The notes under the pieces were generated by a model. That model ran no database searches, was not told where the DNA came from, and worked only from the letters and a program-made list of their open reading frames with translations. The position numbers and the translations under genes are program-made. A stretch of 10,526 bases of DNA from Candidatus Thorarchaeota archaeon (GTDB lineage: Archaea > Asgardarchaeota > Thorarchaeia > Thorarchaeales > Thorarchaeaceae), in contig JAEOUG010000122.1 of assembly GCA_016839445.1 (NCBI GenBank), forward strand, positions 1 through 10,526, given 5' to 3'. Position 1 is the first letter of the stretch, and each line of letters begins with the position of its first letter. Below, in pieces: positions 6,003-10,526 of the stretch.

Positions 6003-6875
6003 ATGAGAATCGACAGAACTCGGCTCAGCCTTATTGGGATATCCGCTCTACCACTACTGATAGGCGCGGGTCTTGGAACGATGGTGCTGTCATCTGACGC
6101 GTTGGCAGACATCTTGGCCAGTAATGCAGTACCAGTCACACTTCAGAACCTCCTCATTCAGGCTGTTGTTTCCGTTGGCCTGGGGAGCTTTGTCGTGTTT
6201 TCTCTGTACTGGACTATCCAAAGACAGGGAGCTCGGACAAGAAGAGCAATTGTTGCGTTCGTTGTCTCTCCAATTTTGACTGCGTCATTCTTCTTGCTGG
6301 GACAGTCGATTCTGCTCATAATCCTCAAGGGGTCAACGGATTCCATTCTGCCTAGTCTGCTCTCCATAGCTTCACTTGGCGTGCTGCTCATGTCGTTTGT
6401 CTTCATCATGATGGACTCCGTGCCATCTGCCATGAAGAACATCTTCGTGGCGTTCTACGGAAGTGTGTTCGGCACTTTCCTCGGAATCATCTTTGTCACC
6501 GCCACCATGTTCGTCTTGATTCTCTCAATTGTGCTCGAGGACTACTTCCTCACACGGTATTCCCCTGCGGTTGATGATGTCCATCTGATTGAACGTGCTG
6601 GAGCTGATCCATTTGACTTCGCTCGCATCGAATCCGAGGGGGCCGCCGTTGGCGTCGGGGACTACATTGCCTTCTCGTTGATCTCTGTTCATGCACTGGT
6701 CTTCTTCCCACTTCATGTCTGGGTGATGTCAATGGTCCTGGCCTTGGTTGGCATAACAATAAACGCCACGATCTTTGCTCGCGAGGACCATGTCTTGCCG
6801 GGTATACCTCTTCCGGCTTTGCTGGCACTAATACCCTGGATGCTCCATATCGTCAGCCTTCCAATATTGGCATAG
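6003..6875 (+). CDS. Presenilin/signal-peptide-peptidase-like GxGD intramembrane aspartyl protease (peptidase A22-like)
   Basis: About 9 hydrophobic segments. TM6-like TMFVLILSIVLED180Y (YD-motif position), TM7-like AVGVGD220YIAFSL (cf. presenilin LGLGDFIFYSVL), and LPGIP at the PALP position near the C-terminus. TATA-like TTTAAT at 5965-5970. Confidence 0.8.
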   Translation: MRIDRTRLSLIGISALPLLIGAGLGTMVLSSDALADILASNAVPVTLQNLLIQAVVSVGLGSFVVFSLYWTIQRQGARTRRAIVAFVVSPILTASFFLLGQSILLIILKGSTDSILPSLLSIASLGVLLMSFVFIMMDSVPSAMKNIFVAFYGSVFGTFLGIIFVTATMFVLILSIVLEDYFLTRYSPAVDDVHLIERAGADPFDFARIESEGAAVGVGDYIAFSLISVHALVFFPLHVWVMSMVLALVGITINATIFAREDHVLPGIPLPALLALIPWMLHIVSLPILA

Positions 6876-6938
6876 GCAATCTGCGCGGAGCGTAAGGGCC
6901 TTATTACGATTCGGAACTGACTGGGAGCGTGAGATGAG

Positions 6939-7487
6939 ATGATAGCGAGCGACAAAAACCAGAACATCATTGTTGCTACAATGATTATTGCGGCGATCGT
7001 GAGTTCTGTATTCTTGGTCAACAATGCCATGTTCTATTCAGGGAGCTATGCGCTTGCGGGGAGGATGGAAGTGGACATGCTGACTCCCGTGGTTACGAAT
7101 ATTGATGTCGCGAATGAATCAGTGCGCCCGAGGGTTTCCATTTCCTTCAATATGCATTCGACTTCTCCCTTTGATGGCAACATGAGAGTCACGTTCGTGG
7201 GTGCACAAGTAACTCTCAACGGCGACCTCCTGTCATACTTGCAGTTTGCGAAGGTACCATCTATTGACGACCAGTCAGTTCATCCTGGCTACAACGTCAC
7301 CTTTGAGCTGGCCCAGACCCCTGCTCCGGATGAACTTGAGGACCGAAACGCCATAATCCACGCCTACAATATCTCCTACTGGAACTGGACTGTCGTGTTT
7401 CGATACTCATTCATTGTGTTTGATGAGCCAGGTTCTATCACATGGGTCTACACACCTTTCCAGATGGTAGCTGTGGTCCTTCCCTGA
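6939..7487 (+). CDS. Hypothetical N-terminally anchored membrane protein with a beta-rich ectodomain (possibly LEA14/WHy-like)
   Basis: One N-terminal hydrophobic helix (IIVATMIIAAIVSSVFLV), alternating beta-strand patterns, four N-X-S/T sequons. TTATTA at 6901-6906 and GGGAG upstream. The fold assignment is weak. Confidence 0.75.
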   Translation: MIASDKNQNIIVATMIIAAIVSSVFLVNNAMFYSGSYALAGRMEVDMLTPVVTNIDVANESVRPRVSISFNMHSTSPFDGNMRVTFVGAQVTLNGDLLSYLQFAKVPSIDDQSVHPGYNVTFELAQTPAPDELEDRNAIIHAYNISYWNWTVVFRYSFIVFDEPGSITWVYTPFQMVAVVLP

Positions 7488-7493
7488 GCTGGC

Positions 7494-8513
7494 TCATTTC
7501 AGTCTCTTCTTGAGTGCTGAGATCTTGGGAACAGAGAGAGGGTCAACGCCGTTGATGTCAGCCAATTCCACCGAAGTGAGATCAAGGTGGTACGTCAGCT
7601 CCAGCATCTCGCCCATTTGCGTTGGCGCAGATGCAGTCACAATGGTGCAGTCATGGCCTGCACTACTGAGTATCTCGGCCACGATGTCTAGTCTCTTCGC
7701 GTTAGTTGCGCCCTCTGCTCTTGATTTCAACAGGACTATCGCAAAGCTCCCTGCTCTCTTCTCCGTGAATCCTTCCAGCTCGTTATGGGTGGCCTCTGGA
7801 AAGGGAGATGCGAAGGCCTCCGTCTTTGCGTTCTCGTTCATCTGACACTTAGCTCTATAGGCAACAGGGTAGAGGTGTCGTGAGCCCATGAAGACCGGTA
7901 TTCTTCCCCTCATCCATTCTGCCAGTGCGGCGGGCTTTGAGAGGTTCCCGCCCCATGAATCTGCCGCCAAGTTGATCTCTTCAGCCATGTGATTGAGGTC
8001 TGTGGTAGGAACCCCGAGTATTGTCTGTGTGGCTTGCAGTAGCGCACCAAACATGGCTGGCAGTGCCCCTCGTGGAGGAAAACCTGGAGGCAAGCGAATG
8101 AAGCAGTCTGCTTTCTTCTTGGATAAGAGACCTCCGGACGCCATGGTTACTGTGTGACATCCTCGCTCTGCTAAGATTTCATAAGCATCGAGGGTTTCCT
8201 GTGTGTTCCCGGAGTAGCTTACAACAAAGGACACATAGCCCTGTCCAATGTACTCTGGGAGACTCTCATCTCTCACAACAGCAATAGGCTGGCGAGATGT
8301 GTCCGCAAGGGACGTTGCGACATACCCTCCCGCAATCGAGCTTCCGCCCATGCCTATGAAGCAGATTCCCGTTGGCCTATCATCCCGCATCTCAGCAAGC
8401 TGCTCCCGCAATCTGACATCTAGGCTGGAATGCCTCAGCAATTGTGGGAAGCTCTTCACAATGCTATGCATGTCGTTCTTGTTGACTTCGAGCTTGCTTG
8501 ACATGGGACTCAT
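7494..8513 (-). CDS. Bifunctional phosphoglucose/phosphomannose isomerase (SIS domain, PGI/PMI family)
   Basis: GMGGS, SYSGNTQET, PPRGA, QMNENAK, PEATHNE and a C-terminal Lys-containing helix. The start is probably ATG 8513 or 8504 rather than 8558, because a TATA-like TTTAAG lies on the minus strand at 8540-8535. Confidence 0.92.
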   Translation of the reverse strand: MSPMSSKLEVNKNDMHSIVKSFPQLLRHSSLDVRLREQLAEMRDDRPTGICFIGMGGSSIAGGYVATSLADTSRQPIAVVRDESLPEYIGQGYVSFVVSYSGNTQETLDAYEILAERGCHTVTMASGGLLSKKKADCFIRLPPGFPPRGALPAMFGALLQATQTILGVPTTDLNHMAEEINLAADSWGGNLSKPAALAEWMRGRIPVFMGSRHLYPVAYRAKCQMNENAKTEAFASPFPEATHNELEGFTEKRAGSFAIVLLKSRAEGATNAKRLDIVAEILSSAGHDCTIVTASAPTQMGEMLELTYHLDLTSVELADINGVDPLSVPKISALKKRLK

Positions 8514-8634
8514 CAACTGAGTGTGCTTCGTTGACTTAAAGTTACTCCGCGGTTTCATTGCCGAGTTTGCTGACCGGCAAGACTAATGTAGAGGAGTGTG
8601 ACTTCCATCGGCAGCAAAGTCTGGAGACAATACC

Positions 8635-9129
8635 ATGGGCATAATGAAGACAGCTGCGGTCAGGGGCATAATCCCTGCAGGCAACAAAGTATCCGAACTA
8701 AGAAGCAACCTCATGCGTTTGATCACTGAAATGTCAGTGGTGCTTGAAGAGCGGTTTGGCCAAGAGGGCCTTAACGCAGTTTCAGAGATCTTCAGGCGTT
8801 TAGGAGAGGAAGATGCCGCAGAGATGAAGAGTCGGCTTGGGCTCGGTGACACAGTCAAGGATGCCTATGATGCATGGGCGGTGATTGGACACATCATGGG
8901 GTCGAAGATGGTCCCACACTGGGCTTCTGACGACCGAGTAGTAGTCGACCACACCCTGTGCCCGCAGTACGACTCCTTCTCGAAGCGAGGGAAGCTGTAC
9001 TGCGAGTACGCGTGCCTCCCATACGTAGGGGCCGTTGGAGAAGGAGTTGCTCCGGGAGTCAAGATGGAAGTAGTTCGAGCTGCCGATGATTCTGCTCCCT
9101 GCACAAAAGCTCTGACCCTCAAAGGATAG
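8635..9129 (+). CDS. V4R/ATC-hydrolase-like (L-2-amino-thiazoline-4-carboxylate hydrolase family-like) Cys-containing protein; function uncertain
   Basis: Helical N-terminus LEERFGQEG...RLGEEDA followed by CPQY, YCEYAC and a late PC, the Cys pattern of V4R-clan domains. GGAG precedes ATG 8635. Confidence 0.7.
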   Translation: MGIMKTAAVRGIIPAGNKVSELRSNLMRLITEMSVVLEERFGQEGLNAVSEIFRRLGEEDAAEMKSRLGLGDTVKDAYDAWAVIGHIMGSKMVPHWASDDRVVVDHTLCPQYDSFSKRGKLYCEYACLPYVGAVGEGVAPGVKMEVVRAADDSAPCTKALTLKG

Positions 9130-9137
9130 CTCAGGAG

Positions 9138-9791
9138 TTGGGCATCCTGGGCTCTGAGGAAGTGCTCTTTGGAAGCGGGGCCACTCTGTTGCGTGGCGAG
9201 CTTACCAGAAGCTCTGGTCACAAGAGGGCGGCTGTGCTCTTCCTTCATCCGCATCCCCTCTACGGGGGAGGAATGAATGACCGAGTAATCGTCACACTGG
9301 AGTCCACACTACTCACACTTGGGTTCGATTCACTCCGATTCGGATTTAGAGGCTCAGTCACGACTCCAAAAGGCTACGCAGGAGTTGCCGGAGCTCTTGA
9401 GGACGCTGAAGCTGCACGCGATGCTCTAACAGAGAAGCTCAGCCCAGAGCGAGTAGTCTATGTTGGTTACTCCTTTGGCGGGTCTGTTGCACTAGGGCTT
9501 GCAGCGAGATTACCTCCCGCTGCGCTCGTGACTCTGAGTGCATCTGCTGCCCTTGCGCAAGAAGGAGGATTTGGCCTCAACGAGTTGAGTTCCATTGAGT
9601 GTCCAACGCTCCTGCTCCACGGGAGTGACGACAGGATGATTCCTCTCGGCGATGTGAATGCCCTCATGAGAGCCATAGGTCCATCTGCGAACTCCAAGAT
9701 ACTGGAAGACGGCGACCACTTCTACACTCGAACTCTTGGTGCTGCTTCAGAGGCGGTCTCCGCATTCCTCGCAGACACGCTCGGGGTTTGA
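9138..9791 (+). CDS. Alpha/beta-fold hydrolase (HPHP-GG type)
   Basis: LHPHPLYGGGM, FGFRG, nucleophile elbow GYSFGG, HGSDD and GDHF give a Ser-Asp-His triad. TTG start 8 nt after the upstream stop; exact start uncertain. Confidence 0.9.
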   Translation: MGILGSEEVLFGSGATLLRGELTRSSGHKRAAVLFLHPHPLYGGGMNDRVIVTLESTLLTLGFDSLRFGFRGSVTTPKGYAGVAGALEDAEAARDALTEKLSPERVVYVGYSFGGSVALGLAARLPPAALVTLSASAALAQEGGFGLNELSSIECPTLLLHGSDDRMIPLGDVNALMRAIGPSANSKILEDGDHFYTRTLGAASEAVSAFLADTLGV

Positions 9792-9853
9792 CAGTGCATC
9801 ATAAAGGTACCCTTAAGTAGTGCCAGCAGTAGGCGACGCACTGGTGACCCCGG

Positions 9854-10526
9854 ATGCTCAAAGCCTTGGTGTTCGACATGGATGGCACAATCACTGTGCT
9901 GACCCTTCCCTTGGAAGCCATGCGACGAGATACTAAGGCGTACTACCTGGCAAAGGGTCTCCCCCACGACATGGTAGACGAGGCGGACGGGATTTCGAGC
10001 TCCACTCAGAAAGCCAAGGAGTTCTTCATCGCCAATGGCGTGAGCCAGAATGAATGGGATGAGTGGGAATCTGAGGTTGACGAGATTCTCAGTAGCCATG
10101 AGGGTTATGCTGCGGATACCGCCAAGATCATTGATGGGGCCCTTGGTGTTGTCCAGCAGGTACGAGCACGGGGAATCAAGACGGCGATTCTCACGAACAA
10201 TGGCAGACCTGCTCTAGAGAAGATACTTGAGCAGATTCCTCTTAGGCAGCACTTCGATGTCATTCAGACGCGACATGAGTCGCCCCGTCCCAAGCCATTT
10301 CCAGATGGCATTGAGAAGATCATCGAAACACTCGGCGTCAGCAAGGAAGAAGTCGTCTACATTGGAGATGCCTTGATTGATGCAGTTGCCGCGACTCGAG
10401 CTGATGTGGAATTCTGGGGCGTGGCCACGGGAGAAACGTCGAAGGAAGCTCTTGAGGATGCGGGGGCTTCGGTGGTATTCCTGTCTCTTCGTGGCATAGT
10501 TGCGGCGATTGAAGAGCGCTTGGGAT
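9854..10526 (+). CDS. HAD-superfamily hydrolase (phosphoglycolate phosphatase-like), 3'-truncated; absent from the ORF track
   Basis: GGTGA RBS 9843-9847, ATG 9854. Reads MLKALVFDMDGT (motif I), ILTNN (II), PKPFPDG (III), YIGDALID (IV), GVATG, and is open to the window end. Confidence 0.93.
   Translation, partial: MLKALVFDMDGTITVLTLPLEAMRRDTKAYYLAKGLPHDMVDEADGISSSTQKAKEFFIANGVSQNEWDEWESEVDEILSSHEGYAADTAKIIDGALGVVQQVRARGIKTAILTNNGRPALEKILEQIPLRQHFDVIQTRHESPRPKPFPDGIEKIIETLGVSKEEVVYIGDALIDAVAATRADVEFWGVATGETSKEALEDAGASVVFLSLRGIVAAIEERLG

Noticed and set aside
8514-8558. ORF-track start of PGI/PMI at 8558
   Set aside because: The extension covers a TATA-like box (8540-8535) and precedes the family-like N-terminus, so 8513 or 8504 is more plausible.
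9722-10099. 125-aa minus-strand ORF and the other short overlapping ORFs (e.g. 242-454, 3752-3946, 8865-9254)
   Set aside because: They overlap well-supported genes or regulatory spacers and lack motifs. 9722-10099 is antisense to the HAD gene that the track missed.

Overview
Archaeal chromosomal window, inferred from TATA-like boxes, GGAG/GGTGA ribosome-binding sites, a bifunctional PGI/PMI, a presenilin-like protease and C-terminally anchored binding proteins. An Asgard (Thorarchaeia-like) origin is plausible but is my inference only. The left 5.9 kb is a peptide/nickel-family ABC importer locus: partial DppC, DppB and two tandem paralogous family-5 substrate-binding proteins (SBPs). Each of these four genes is followed by a hairpin plus pyrimidine tract. 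Downstream lie a presenilin/SPP-type GxGD intramembrane aspartyl protease, a membrane-anchored hypothetical protein, PGI/PMI (minus strand), a Cys-containing V4R/ATC-hydrolase-like protein, an alpha/beta hydrolase and a HAD phosphatase running off the right edge. Most notable observations: (1) both SBPs appear circularly permuted relative to canonical OppA/DppA; (2) their C-terminal TM anchors are identical in protein sequence despite 10 synonymous changes and lie next to the GxGD protease, suggesting a possible shedding/sorting system; (3) a 5' leader hairpin with a compensatory base-pair change is conserved between the paralogs; (4) a tandem 19-bp palindrome pair precedes dppB. No rRNA, tRNA, CRISPR array or mobile element was seen. 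All alignments and folds were done by eye.
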